Shown: positions 10,445 through 24,859 of the stretch, in pieces
Numbering within the stretch: the first letter of the stretch is position 1
Layout of the letters: every line of letters starts with the position of its first letter
NCBI GenBank assembly: GCA_030248215.1
Contig: JASANG010003930.1
Location: 496,001 to 560,000, forward strand
Length of the DNA stretch: 64,000 nucleotides
Direction of reading: 5' to 3'
Source: Enoplolaimus lenunculus
Lineage: Eukaryota
Notes under the pieces: generated by a model
What the model was told of the DNA's origin: nothing
The model's database searches: none
Seen by the model: the letters and a program-made list of their open reading frames with translations, nothing else
Translations under genes and position numbers: made by a program

Positions 10445-12815
10445 AGTCGAAGAAATTTCAATATTTGATTGCTGATATGAATTTTAACTGCTGTTCATAC
10501 AACAAAGACAAGTTTTACTGAAATTGATACTTTAAAATGATGTTAAATGCAAGTTATTGGTTTCAGTATACTGTCAATCGTTGAACCAAATTTAAAAATA
10601 TTTGGTTTCTGTCAATATGTATTGTCCAAAATAACTGAAAGTTGCCAACTCGCAAAACGATAAATCAACTTGTATTAAGACTACAACACACCAGAAATGA
10701 CTTGTGTAAACACCAGCGAAATAATATTTAATATGTATGTTCAACGATGGAACAAAAAAATATACTTAACAGCGGTTTTTGCACACGCCGGTGCATTTAA
10801 TACTGGTAAACGTTATTATGTACAAATTATAATCTAGAAATTACAAAAGCACAATATGGTGGACTCGCTGCGTAGACTTTTTTCTGAACACAATACACGT
10901 AGCTACATAATTGTTCAAGGAGCTTGAGGCTCAATCTTGATAAAATCAAAAGTGTATGATACAAGAGTACGCAACTCTTTGGGTTCCGCATGGTCGCGGT
11001 CACACGCAATACCTCTAAATTAAACTATAAACGCAACATTTTTGATGCCTGACACATACAGTGTTGTAGTTTGCACAGGTTGTACCCACTTCTAAATAAG
11101 GAGGGATTGTTAGTCGAAAACGCAACGTGCGCCTGGTGCATTTTGTATCATGCAGAACCCCAATAGTTGTATACTCTTGAATTATGCACTCTTGATAAAA
11201 CCAATTAAATCATATTAAATTTTGTTGCTTCTTCAAAAAAAATTGTTATCCTGATATCCTGTATATATACAGCTTAGTAAACGTGCTTGCGGCTATAATC
11301 TACTTATGTTGCAAAAAGTTTGTGTTAACGTTCTACAAAAGCAATTCTTGTTAAAGATAAGACCCTATTCGTTTGACAAATTCGTTGTATAGGGATATAA
11401 CATTATTTCTGCCATATTGTTCAGACGACGAAAACAAGGAACCCCATCAGTTCAATTGCCAAAATATATTACGGTTTCAAACTAAATTAAACTGTTTTTT
11501 GTTCCAATATTGATTCATCTTTTCTCACTGTTTAACAACTTGTGCAAAAGTTGAACACATTTGCGAGATAACGTTTTTAACCAATTCACAGCCATTTGAT
11601 TAAATATAAATGCTCAACGCTCGTTGAGGAAGAAGCACAAAGCGAAGATTAAAGATAAGCGTAACCCACTCATCCTGACTCGTATTCTTTAATTAATTCC
11701 ATTGTAAGTTTTAAAAACATCATTTTGAACCACAATTCGTCGATAACTGGTTGCATAAAACGTATTAATTTTAGCAACAATTGTAGACAAAGAAGGATCT
11801 AAAACGATTTGAAATTCATTAGTACTTAGAACCCGAAATAAATCTTAAAACAAAAACATTAAGCATATTAAATATAAATGCTTGTTTTAATCTTGTTCAA
11901 CAATTTCTACGTGCGAAATCATGTGCGTAATCAGGATTTTGGAAACGCAGGCGATTGTGCGACGTGACCGTTTCAAAAGGGATTCTTGAGTTTCCAACTG
12001 AAAAGCTCCTATAAACAGCCGTAGACAAAAACCCGACGAGATTGGCGTACTCTGCACTAAAATGTTTTGCCTCAAACTATTTTGTACACTCCACTGATCT
12101 GAATTTCGTTCATTAAACCACAGTAATCCTATTGAAAAACAAAAATTTTAACTAGGGCAAAAATTATTTTCAACAATTTGCCCGTGTTCGGTCATGTGTT
12201 GGTGGTGCTGGTATATAATAACAACACAAATTAAACTGAAAATGTTTGCTTTTGCAATAATGTATATATGTAACCTCTGGAAATTTGTAAATTAAATGAT
12301 TCTTTCGCTCTTTGAGATCAACAAAACCATGTTTGTATGTCAACATTGCGATGAAATAATAGATTTTTTCCACAACTTGAGCAGTTGCAGCCAGCCTTAA
12401 AAATACGTTTCACTGTTTGCAACTATTACAAGATCTGTGTAAAATGCGCAATTGTTTGGGTTCGGAAATGGTATTTTTAATAAAAATTTTGGCATTTTAT
12501 TACTCAAACAAATTTAAGTGCATAATTTTTCTGATATATTGCTTGCAGAAACAACCTTTCTTAATGCTGAATAGTGCCCAGTATTTCTAGTGGCTTACGA
12601 AAGCTATCAGTTATATAGTCGCAATTGGCGGCCTTAGCCCTATCCACACGTGTAAGTTTGTTTCAGCGAGAACGCGTAAAACGCCGCTGGTACGTGGAAG
12701 TTTTGCTTCGAATACATTTTACAAGACTTACAAACAGTAGGCGATAGTTGATCAGAGGTTTTGAAATTAGGAGAATATTCCCAAATACGTTCAGCGCCTA
12801 TCACCAGTTAGTGGC

Positions 12816-13411
12816 TAGTGTTGAACAGATACTGTATTAAAATACCGGTATACCGATACCGATATTTGGATACCGAAACCGACAAAATACCGATTCTGAT
12901 ACCTCGTATACTTGTTCACCACACTGCAATACTTGGATATTGGAAAACATATTTGCCGACGCAAATCTTTTCAGGAATGGCTGCGTTCGTGCATTTCACC
13001 TGCTGTTCATTTATTTCGTTCAAGCGTTTATAAAGCCAGCCGGCAACAGCCCTAATTTCGACTACGGCTTAGTATTGAAAAAAATGTCTCGCAGAAAGAA
13101 AACGCGATAAACAAGTGAATGAACTGATGTCGGCAGCGTTTTGTTTCAGAACAGTCGCTCTTCATCGAGATACAAATACTCGCTCGAAATATTCGTTATA
13201 ATATTTTCGTAGCCATAACAATGCCCCTGACAGCCCAAACGATGTCATTAATCTTGTAGGTCCTTATTTGTTCGCCGGCATGTGGATTCCGTGCTATACT
13301 TGAAACGACTAAGACAACCGAATCCGTGTGAGAAAACAGTAGAAAAGTATCGGGATCGGTGTCGGTATGCTCGGAAAAATACCAATACTGATATATATCA
13401 GTTCAACACTA
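12816..13411. mobile_element. hAT-like non-autonomous element
   Basis: TIR TAGTGTTGAAC...GTTCAACACTA with ATACCG subterminal repeats; no TSD recognisable. Confidence 0.5.
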
Positions 13412-14618
13412 TATATATTTAAGTTATTGCTTTTCAAATATATACAAGAAGTTTTGGATTGTGAACCTTAAAATTTACACAGCAGTAAGCGTAAATCAAA
13501 TCTAAATAATGTGTTGGTTTTCTACACATGCCATTCATGGATTCGAACGCTACAAACCCTGTCACGATAGATGCTACACACATTTGAGAATACGGCACAA
13601 GGTATACCTATATAGATCAGTTGGAAATATGAAAAAATGTGATATACAACATATCTACCGCCATCGAGCCAAGCCAGGGTGGCTTTGACTAAAGTTAGAA
13701 ACAAAGAATCACCTAAGTATCAAAAAGTAATGATAGGGTAACGCAGTCAGCTTCAACAGTTGCTACTACTATGATTCATATGTTAAGTTTTCAAGGTTAA
13801 TTCGAACACATCATTATAAACGTGGACTTATTATTAGCACAAGTTTTTTCTGTTAAGGATTAATAAATGGTGCAAAAGAGTTTAAACCGTCATTACCAAT
13901 TTTATGTTTATAGTACGCATATTTTTTATGTTTTGATAAAAAACTCATTATAGTACTGATTTTTAGGTCAAATTCTGTATTTAGATTGAAATAAATACCT
14001 GCAGACCTAAATATACAATTAAGAAAATGAAATTGGAAGTTCAAAAAAGGCATAATTCAAAAAGTTGTCTGGGTGTAAAGTTTAGTTTAAACGCTGTTTG
14101 TTACACAATTGCTTATTTCATAAAAGTGCCCCCTATTTATACTGCTTTAAAACTTCTCAGTTTCAAGGCTTTGGTTTAGCCGTTTATGCCGTAAAAAATT
14201 TATATTTTCACAAATATTTAAATATTATTTTGAGAATTAAACTCTTTTAAACTGATTAACAAAGGTCAGACTGCGGCTGATCCTATGTGTTTAAATGTCT
14301 TCAAATGATTGTTTAAACTGGATCGATTTGACCAAATAAGTTAAACTTTTGACGAGAGTTGATTATATTATATATACATATATATTTATTTATATATATG
14401 TAATATATAGGTACGTTTTATTACAGTACATCCAGAGGGATGGGAATCTTTCTCTCCGTGGACCATGCCTTTCTGATAATCTTGCGATGTAAACGGTGCA
14501 TCTGAAGCTAGCGATATTTACTCATAATCGCAGATATCTTCCGGGAATTTCAGGTTTACATGACCAGTGTGGATGTTTGTCACATTGCTTATACAAAGAT
14601 ATCTTAGATCGCGGTCTT

Positions 14619-15007
14619 CAATGGCGGATCCATGGGGGGGGGACACACCGGCCGTGGCCCCCCTAACAGCATCTCGACAAAAATTATATAGTGTCATTTG
14701 CTGTTCTACGCTGTTTATTTCTGTTTTATACACAATAGTATAAGCACGCTTTAAAGTTTCGATCTCACCTTTATTTGGCCTTAGAGTCATTTATGCGCTA
14801 CAATTAGGGATAATGACATTTATGGACTGTAACAAGCGTTTAGGGACTGTACCCGCTTACGGACTCTTATTAGGAATACGGACTCCTATTGATTGGGACT
14901 CAAAATGGGGACCCCCCTATTATTTGGGTAACTACAGTATGGGTCAAAAATAAGTTTATTACCTGTGAAATTTTGACCCCCATTTTGAGATCCTAGATCC
15001 GCCACTG
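14619..15007. mobile_element. hAT-type MITE (CAATGGCGGATC family) with an extra internal segment
   Basis: TIR CAATGGCGGATC...GATCCGCCACTG and perfect 8-bp TSD GCGGTCTT. The internal segment resembles the reverse complement of ~27118-27245. Confidence 0.8.
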
Positions 15008-17586
15008 GCGGTCTTGCTTGATTATATACGTTGTTTTTAGATATTTGTATAACTAGCGTAAAATATCTATAAAATACATGTTTTTACAGTATATTATTGG
15101 CTGGGTTCCCGAAACCCTACTTAAGTTATTTCACTGAATATATATATATAAGTTTTACTACCGATGCCTAGTTTTTTAATTTGTTAATAAAATTTTGGGT
15201 ATCCATTTGCAGGCATTTTGAAAAAATTAATAATCAAGACAAATTACAAAATTTGTGTCTCTTTTGCGTTGCGATTTTGTCCGATTAATCAAAGTTGTCC
15301 AGTCGAATTAATATAATCACTGTTCAAAAATTATTGCAACCATTTGCAATTTATAATGTAGGTACATCTATAAAATAAACGTTGATCACCCAATAGTAGA
15401 ACGATATACAATGTAGTGCGATTTGCAATATATAAAAAGGTACGCAGAAAAAATTTTTTGAAGCCACAAAAACTGTACCGAATTTTGTGAGTCCTAAAAA
15501 TTTTGAACATTTTTTATAGTTTATATTTTATTTTTGCATCGGCGGCTACGAAAAAAATTAAAATAGTCGGAGAAAAACGAAACATTGTAGTATTTTAATT
15601 CAACTGGTATTTGAAACGCAGTTCTAACGCAGTATATTTGTGAAATTTTCTAACTTTTCGTGCATATGCTGCAGCCCCTATAGATACTTTACAAAACCAA
15701 AAGCAGAGACTGGGTCTGGATGCAGGGAGGGGGGAGGCTGGTGGCCATCGAATTAAACTGACGGGAATCCTCAATATATAATCTGATCAGCAGTAATAAA
15801 AATTGTGCAAACTTCACAATTACACAAAATGCTAAACCTGGGGTTTAAGTTTGGTTTAGACCGCCCCACAGGTAATGAACAAAGAAAAGTTTTGATTCAG
15901 TTACAGCGGGATTCAATACTAAAACAATGTATAGCTTCTCTCGCCCATAAATTTTTCAAAAATCACCAGTATCCTAGTTATGATCCTTCGCTCATTGTGT
16001 TTTTACTTCTATTACGTAGAAATTATTTATATGTAAAAATATGCATACAGATACGAAATTCAAGTCGTGTATATACTAGTTAAAGACAATAGTGTTTAGT
16101 TTTTCGCTGGCGATATTTTCTTCAACTCGTGCTAATGTGGCGAACAATTTGAACTGATTCTGAAATTTATTTCGGAGCCGACTGGAGCAGTGTGGTCAAC
16201 TTCATATATATGCTACCAAAAAATTTATATGGGCTACTGCTACAGGGTTCTGAGTTTACTTTTGTGTAAATTTCCCCCATCAGAATTTTTTGTAAAAAAT
16301 ACAAATTTTACCTTTAGAAGTTTTTTTCGACAAAACCCTACATTTTTTCCCTAAGAAAATTTTTTGGTGATAAAATGAGAATCGCCATATTTTACAGTGA
16401 TTTTTGCGTTTCATAACATTTGCCAGCCCGCCACCGCACCCGTCGGAAATTTTTTCATCCGCCTCTGGTTGGGCTGGGGTGGTGTTTAAAATTGTTACCC
16501 GTGACATTACTGCTGGAGATACGCCATGTTACAAAATACTGTTGTAACAACGCTTTGAAAATTTTTCGAGATCAAGTTCGCTATATAAATAATGAAGTTT
16601 ACGTGCATGCATATAAAATATGTTCATGTTCCATGACTCGCTTGTTCGCTACAAAATTCAAACAGAAACACGTATTCTCGTATAGTTTCCAAAAACAATA
16701 CAGCCATAAGTATCACTCGACTCACATCATCCATCAACGTTTCAATAATGGCTTCAAATTCAACTACAGTAAGACACATTTGAGCTGACGAAAAATGTTT
16801 TATTTTTCAAGCGACGAACTACTCTGACTGATAATGGTGTTCAAATCGCCCTGTAGCATCATCACGGTGTAAAGCATTGGCAATAGCCAGCAGGCGAATG
16901 GGGTAACGGGCACATGGCTCCTTCTAATAACACTGATAAGTTATTTGTGCAGACTAAATGCAAACTCAGACAGAAAGGTTTAAAAAACCAGATACGTCGC
17001 ACATAACGTGGCCTTCCTTGAAATAAAATTGTTCGGTAAAAACACATTTGCTGTTTTTTGTTTTTTTTCTGCAGTTAAAATTGTTGCCAGCGTCTATACG
17101 CGTACAATCGGATGATAACGGGGTATAAAAGATTTCAGAAACCCAGCCAATGTGTTTTTGTCTAAAAATTGTTCAATTTATACGTGAAGTATAAACACTT
17201 TTTATATTTGCATGATCGAATGTTCTATTAGCAAAGCAACCAATTACATACATTCACATACACTATATATGTATATATTTATTTAAAGTACCTTTGACTA
17301 TGTTTGCAATTTTTTAAGCTAACATTGCACTATGAACGAGCGAAAAACTCTTGATAGACAAGAACTCTATCAGATTTTGGACTAGCCAAACCAACAAAAC
17401 GACCACAAACCATGGTTAACTAGTAATCTAGTGGTTGATCAAATTATGGTGCAAAATATATAGTTGAAATTTTTTGTTGCTGATTGTAATATATATTTGT
17501 TAGAATGGTTCGCAAAATACTGCGCGTCAGGCAGGTCACTTACCTAAACAAACTAACTTCGATAAGTGCTAATGCCATATCACAAT

Positions 17587-17751
17587 CAGGCCCGTAGCCA
17601 GCTCACCTTGCTAGGGGGGCCAAAAATTTTTCAGGAGGGGCATTCAGGGGTTTTTAATGACTTACAAGCAAGATTAAAAATCTTCTAGGGATGGCCAAAT
17701 TTTTCCGGGGGGGGGCTAAGCCCACCTGCCCCTCTCTTGCCTACGGGCCCG
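17587..17751. mobile_element. hAT-type MITE (CAGGCCCGTAGCC family); other copies 21392-21561, ~22730-22865, 29210-29370, ~36267-36400
   Basis: TIRs plus 8-bp TSDs: ATCACAAT/ATCACAGT, CACACTTG/CATACTTG, GGCGTAGC/GGCGTAGC. Confidence 0.8.
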
Positions 17752-18104
17752 ATCACAGTACAATAAAAATGGTACCGTTTTACAAGAATTAATGCAGAAA
17801 AGTGATGACGGGTCAAGCGCACGCGGCCAACATAGGACTCAATTGTTCGACAACGCGTGGACCATATCTACGATCATATAATTTTTGCAACCGTCACGAT
17901 AATTTTTAGAGAAAATTTGTATAGGTACCCAGTTGATAGAGAAGACTAAAATAGTACCGCAGAAAAACGTAAATACAAAAATATATAATCATTTGAAGAA
18001 TCAAAGTATATACTCCGACGATCGTTGGAACAATTTGACGATGGCGTTTACCACATTTTATTCATATAGAGCCAATCATATATGACTTAGGAGCAGATTC
18101 AAAT

Positions 18105-18290
18105 TACAAAAACTCAACAGCCAAAAACAACAACAGCAACAACAACAACAAGAACAACAACAACATCGACGACGACAACAACAACAAAAACAACACCAAC
18201 AAAAACAACAACAACAACAATAACAACCACAACAATAATAACAACACCAACGACAACAACAAGAACAACAACAACAACAACAACAACTAC
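18105..18290 (+). repeat. Degenerate non-coding (CAA)n microsatellite
   Basis: About 60 CAA-derived triplets including in-frame TAA variants. Confidence 0.9.
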
Positions 18291-18706
18291 CACTTAAACC
18301 CATCATAGCGTCGTAGGGCACGCATACATGCTGCCAAAACCATTGCGAACAACATTAAAAAACATGCCCTACCCGGCCAGTTGTCTAGCCGTCTGGTAAA
18401 ACTTAATAATGTTTTTTCCAAGCGCCCCAGACACAGACAGAGACAATGCGAGAAGCCAGTGTGCGTGTCTATCAGACGACGAACCGTCTAGACAAAAAAT
18501 GAATAAATCATGCCACATCAGAGACTCAAGTGTGGCAATGATTGACATTATTTCTCGATATTAACCATTCCGAAAACCTGAGTTTAAATCGAACATGAAA
18601 TTTAAGTGAAAGTCCACCGACGGAATGCAATTAAAGGCCGGTGTTTTAGGCTAAGGATCACTTAATTTGCTTTGATATATTTTATGTATATATTCTATCC
18701 AAGTAA

Positions 18707-18781
18707 ACCAGTGTCATATGGAACCCTTCACGAAAATTTTGCTATTACTTGTCCGCTGCTCTAACCACTGAGCTATGCAGT
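18707..18781 (-). pseudogene. tRNA-like relic (possibly Thr-AGT derived or a SINE head)
   Basis: Minus strand reads TAGCTCAGTGGTTAGAGCA (A box/D arm), GCGGA-CAAGTAA, then GGGTTCCA (degenerate B box). The stems are broken. Confidence 0.4.
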
Positions 18782-18811
18782 AATGCAAACTTTTCTCTAC
18801 AAATTCACTGT

Positions 18812-19823
18812 ATACCAGTCGTAGTGGGACTACATATATTGAGCGAAGCTCGAACACACGTAAGCAATTAAGGTAATATGCAAATTAGTTATTAGCTGAC
18901 TATTCATTTATCGGTTTTGGAGGTTTGTAAGCAATTTCCTCAGATTCCTCGCACTCAAAAACCCTTCAGCCATCCTATAATTTTTGGAATAATTAAAAAG
19001 TCCTAAATTTGTCTTGTCAATTAAGCTAATATGCAAATTAACTATTAGCTAACTATTCAATTATCGGTTTTGGCGGTTTGTAAACAATTTATTCAGATTC
19101 CTCGCACCTAAAAACCTTCAGTGAACCCTAAAAACTATTGAAATAATTTAAAAAGTCCTAGTTTTGTCTTGTCAATTAAGCTAATATGCAAATTAGTTAT
19201 TAGCTAACTATTCAATTATCGGTTTTGGATGTTTGTAAACTATTTATTCAAATTCCATGCACCTAAAAACTCTTTAGTGCTGAAATTATATTGCTTTTAA
19301 CCTTAATAATTAGAAATATTGTAAAAAGTCCTAATTTAGGCTTATAACCTATGCTAATATGCAAATTATCTAGTAGCAAACTGTTAAATCATCGGTTTTG
19401 GAGGTTTGTAATCAGTCTACGCAGATTCCTCGCACCCAAAACCCTTTAATGCTAAAATTAGATTGCTTCTAACTGTAATAATTAGTGAAATATTGTGGAA
19501 AGTACTAATTTAGGCTTAATTAATTATGCAAATCAGCCTGTAGCTAATAAAAAGCTCAAAGTTTTAAAACTCCAATGCGAGTTTAACACCCCAGGATAAT
19601 TGGCTTTCAAACAAAAAAAGTTTATCAAAATCGGTTCAGCCGTTCCTGAGACGGACAGACGGACAGACAGACAGACGGACAGACGGACAGACAGACAGAC
19701 GGACAGACAGACGGACAGACAGACGGACAGACAGACGGACAGACGGATAGACGGACATCCACCTTTCGACCCCCAAGTACAAAACATAAAACGCTGCGTG
19801 AAACTTCGAGCTTCGCTCAATAA
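18812..19823 (-). mobile_element. DINE-1/HINE-like element, complete copy 2
   Basis: Terminal hairpin GTAGT-GGG-ACTAC at 18821-18833; sub-TIR pair TTGAGCGAAGC (18839-18849) / GCTTCGCTCAA (19810-19820); internal tandem units; (GACA/GACG)n at ~19650-19756. Confidence 0.8.
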
Positions 19824-20143
19824 TCTTAACGCCAAAATCAAACACAATTTCGTATGCAATCATCGCAGCGTTATCATGGGCGTAGCTAGGAATTTGGCTA
19901 AGAGGTGCGCCAAATTCCTAAAATTTGGCTAAGAGGGACCCAGTTCCTGAAATTTGTACTATTTATGATGGCGCCATTTATATACTCGTCGTACGGCGCC
20001 GTTCGTCAGTGTCTGCTACTGTGCGGAATCGTTATCGTTCGAGAATTGATGTACGGCGTCGGATGCCAATTCGCATATGACGCGCACGACGGCACGCGGT
20101 GACGGATGATAGAACATGGCCGCTAAAGTAATATAAACATATT

Positions 20144-20204
20144 CCTAAGCCTAAGCCTAAGTCTAAGCGTAAGAATGATCTTATACTTAAGCCTAAGCCT
20201 AAGC
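20144..20204. repeat. Interstitial (GCCTAA)n-like telomeric hexamers within a small repeat family (related copy ~33632-33740)
   Basis: cctaagcctaagcctaagtctaagc...aagcctaagcctaagc; TTAGGC is the telomere repeat of many nematodes. Confidence 0.55.
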
Positions 20205-20420
20205 AAAAAATAGTCTAAAGTTTAAGTTTACTATATTAAGGCCCCGCAGGAAAAAGTTCTACGCGTGATTTTTACATGGGCTTGTGTCTCGCGAGCTAAA
20301 AAAGTCAAAAACAGCAAAACATTTATTTTTCTAGTTATCATCACTTGATTAGAAGTGTCAAATTTTGCCCAAATAATTAACTATGACTGCGCTGCTTGCT
20401 ATACCTATACTCTCTGTCTG

Positions 20421-20589
20421 CAATGGCGGATCCATGGGGGGCCATCCCGGCCGTGGCCCCACCAACAGTATCTCGACAAAAATTCTATAGCAATTTTGTG
20501 ACAATAGTTCGTGGTTTGTGTATAGGTCAAAACTAAGTTTATTACCTGTGAAATTTGGCCCCCCATTTTGAGATCCTGGATCGCCACTG
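20421..20589. mobile_element. hAT-type MITE, short copy of the 14619 family
   Basis: Same termini as the 14619 element; perfect 8-bp TSD TCTGTCTG. Confidence 0.8.
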
Positions 20590-23500
20590 TCTGTCTGTGT
20601 TTGTTTTGTCTGCGCTGTGTTTGGTTTTGAAACAAAACAATGTAGCCAAACAGGTTGCAGACGACGGCGTAGACAAAAAATAACGTCTGCAAAACACTTC
20701 AAACAAATGATTAAACACGAAAACAATTCAGACTGGCCGATGTGTAAAGATATATTTATATATTTGTTGTCTGGCGAAAAAAGAAAGCAAATTGTCTGCT
20801 TGTTAATATTTTTCTAGTGCTCCGGAAACGACCAAAAAACATACGACACGATGGTGACTGACTGTGTGTCGTCTAGCCAAAAAATTGCTGTAAGGCAAAA
20901 ATGAATGCTGTTTGCCTGCTTGCTGGTTTATCTTGTGGCGACTGCTGAAACTCGACGCATTTTTTTACCTGATTACACTGTCAGACAGACAGACAAAAAA
21001 CACAAAGTATCTAAACTTTTAGAGCCAGACACAAATAATAATGAATCGGACGCATGTGGTTTTTTGCTTAAAATTATATACGCAAAAACACAGCAGCTGT
21101 ACATTCACAAGACTAATGCGTGCTGCATAGCAGCCTGGCTGGCTGGATATTGTTTGTCTGAAGGAAACACGATTAACTATATAGTTATTGATAGGACCGC
21201 CCCATGAAACCAAGAATTCCTGGCGGAGGGTCCGGCAGTTCTAGCGGGGGCAAGAAATATTTTTGACATAGAATTGTTTTAATACCGTCAAAAAATTTTC
21301 AACCAAGAGGGCGAAAATATTCCATAGGGGGATGGTGATCCGCCACGCACCTTACCCGTACCAACAGTTTCAGTGGTTGGTGGCACACTTGCAGGCCTGT
21401 AGCCAGCTCACCTTGCTAGGGGGGGCAAAAAATTTTCCGGAGAGGCATACAAAGGTTTTAATGAGTTACAAGCGCAAAGTTGAAAATTTTGTAGGGGAAG
21501 CCAAAACTGATTTCAAGAGGACTCTGAGCACCCCCCTGGCCCCTCCTTAGCTACGGGCGCGCATACTTGGTGCTTTACTAGTGGCTAATAAAAGTAAAGC
21601 AATCGTTAGCCAGACGTCTTTGAAAGGCTTGAATCAATCTATTGTATGCCATGGACGTAACCAGGATTTTCGAAAACGAAATCACGTAAACGTTCCAAGA
21701 CAATTTCGAAAGTGGCTTTTGTGTTGCACAAACTGACACCGCGTTTAAAAACCCGTGTGCAAAAATCACCAATCGGGTAGAGTTTGACCACTAAAAGCCC
21801 CCCTCGTTGCGCCCTTGTTCTAGTATACATGCGAGCATTGCACAAAAAAATTAACCCAGCCCATTAATTTGAATTTGACTTTAATCGTGTTAGACGAAAT
21901 AAATCAAGCGAACCTTTTTTAGCCGATTCAAGTTGTTGTGACTGAGAAACAAATTATTGATAACTTTGTGCTGTTTTGTGACAGGGGAACGTTCTTTTAA
22001 TCTGACAACATTATGTACTGACTTGGAACAACCATGAAACCACGAACCAAAATGTAGCTAATATGGTGTTTGTAAAGTACTTAGTCTAGAAAATTGTGAT
22101 ATATATAATATATAAAGCGATGCATAATATAGCGCATACAACTTCCCATACATCGAATATATGCAACACATATATGGATCCCTTAAATAAGTGTAACCAA
22201 AAGTTAACTCGTTCATTAATATATACTACCGAAAGCCAGTGGCAGATCCGAGAAATTCCTGAGCGGTTTAGGCAATTTTTTGTTTTGATATATATATACA
22301 TTTTTACGTGTTTAACGAACATTTCGAAATTTAATGATTTATATACAACAAATTATACGCTCAATGCGAAAAATTGATTTGAACTCGTGTTGTATTATGT
22401 CGTAGTCCAGGCCACAATTCAGTCCAATTACGAATTTGGCTCGTCCAAAACAGAATTAATATTTCGGTTAGCTCAAGGTGGAATTCTCCCTGTACGTTTT
22501 TGATTTGTTACTTTTTAGTCGCAGACAAGCCGACTTGTGGAATTTATGTCTGATCAAGTCGTATATACGTTTTGATTGGTTGCTACGTAGACAGTAATCG
22601 TGGAAAAGCCAGAGTGAAGAGCATGTACACCAGCGAATCAAAATTATGTATATACTGTATGGCACCAACCTATTAACAAACACCATAGGTAACTTGTGCA
22701 AAGAGAATTCCATCTTGAGATAGCTAGACTCGCAGCCAGCTTACCTGGCTTGGTGTGCTTCAGGAGGGGCATACAAGGGTTTCCGTTGACTTACAAGCCG
22801 GGTTGAAAATTTTTCTAGGGGGACCAAAACTTTTCCAATAGGGTTGAGCCGCCTTTGGCTACAAATCCAAAGATAGCCTAAGTAGGTATTCCGCTTTGGA
22901 CTAGCTGTAATTCGGAATTGTAGATAATTTTAATTCATTACTTATAATAAAATATGCACTTTCAAGCGTCTGTCCACAGACATAAGCTTCCACAGACGTA
23001 AGCTAAACCGTAAGCACTAGGCCTAGTCATAAAAACCTCTATCATGCCAAAAATGTAGAACTTCGAAAATTTCAGGGAAAAGCGTACTATACAAAAAACA
23101 AGTTATAACGTTATTGGGCTGATTTATTGATAACAAACCACCTACTCGCAATACGCGATCTTTAATTGCATCCAAACTTTCATACAATGCCACAATATTT
23201 ATCCAAGTATCAGAGTCTTAGAAGTCCTTATTAAAAGGCATATAAAACAGACGTAAATTATGGTCAAAAGCAGTCTGTAATTTTGAGCCATCACAGTATA
23301 AAACTGGTGGTGTCTAGACAGGCAAAACTTTTCAAAAAATGTTTGCGCAGACGGAAAAAAATAGTACACCCGATATCAACAAGTTAGTCGCTAAAACGCA
23401 AGTTTTATATAATACTCAGAAGCTATATATAGGGAATAACAAGAAAGCAGTGGAATAGTGGAGAAAACACCCGCGGTCGAATGGAGCAACAAGCCAAACA

Positions 23501-24859
23501 CCATTTTAGTACTTTACTTTAAACTGTTAATGACAAAATTTTGGTCTTGATCCCTGTTGGCGAATGCCAGTCCTCGGTGGCGATTCCCTGATATGCCCGT
23601 CAGTTAAAGACACAACTGTCTAGACTCGTTAAAATGTATAACACCATCATGACCTTCGTAAACTGTTGCAGATACGAACGAATAAAAAAAACCACTCGCG
23701 ATGCATATGTGCAGATTTTACGTGATGTTTGATATATATGTGTGTGTTTGTGTACGCGGTATGCTCATGAATGCAGTTGCAAAAACATTATTGCTGGTCT
23801 CTGTCTAGACTACTTTAGTCACACCGCACGCAAATAATTGCACTACAATTGTTAAAAAATTCCCTACAAAGTGAAAAAATCTATCTAAATATAGAAAAAG
23901 TTTTAAGCCGGTGTGTTGGAACTATTAAAAACAAACAACAACTGATCATTAAAGTTTAACCGTTTTGGTCACCGATGTAACCAGGATGTTATTTCACGAC
24001 CTCGTATGGACAAATTTTAAGCCTTCATAAGTGGTTTGTCATAACTCTCCAGAAATTTCGAGTTGAAATATATTCCGTTTTATTTCCCTGCATTTGCAAC
24101 ACATTGTAAAGTTATATTTTAGGCGCTCGAACGAATATCATCATCATCATCATCATCATCGGGATTTTGGTACATAATGGCTGGGTTTCTGAAATCTTAC
24201 TTAATTATTGACATAAGTTACACTTAAGTATATAATTACTTAAGTTGCTGACTTAAGTATTAAGTAAATGCTTAACTTTTTGAGCAATAACAAATATACG
24301 CCAAATGTGAGACATAGCCTCAACACGAAAGTAATAGTTTCGCTTTATATTAACAAGGCACCGTGAGTCTACAATTTCAATTAGATCAAGGTTGAAATGG
24401 CTGAACTGTTAATCTACAATTATATATAAATATCAAATTTAGTCAGCTCCTTAAGTATTCACTTAACTTAAGTAACGCTTTAAAACGACACAATGGTTAC
24501 GTAATTACTTAGCACGTATTTAAGTACTAATTTGTTCTTAAGTAGCGTTCCAGAGGATCAGCCATTGAGTTTAATATATTAACAAAAATTTTCTCTGCCT
24601 CTAATACCCGAGATCCTTGAAACCACCTTTACAAAAAATCCAAGACTGTTTGAAAACTAAAATAACTAGTGATGGGCATCGGATATTTTTTTCATATCCG
24701 GATATCCGATATCCGGTGCCCATCTATAAAAATAACTTCCCATGGCTCCGCATTGGAAGACATTGTTTTGTGCACTCCGTATTTCATTTCTGAGCACGGG
24801 ACATGTTCATTGTTACTTTAATAACGTAGAGTATCTGGATATATTTTTCGCTCTAACAG

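Noticed and set aside
18076..18321. Cys-rich and Leu-rich ORFs
   Set aside because: Translations of a TTG microsatellite.
19533..19932. ORFs with SVCL/TDRQ repeats (also 820-1020)
   Set aside because: Translations of the HINE microsatellite.
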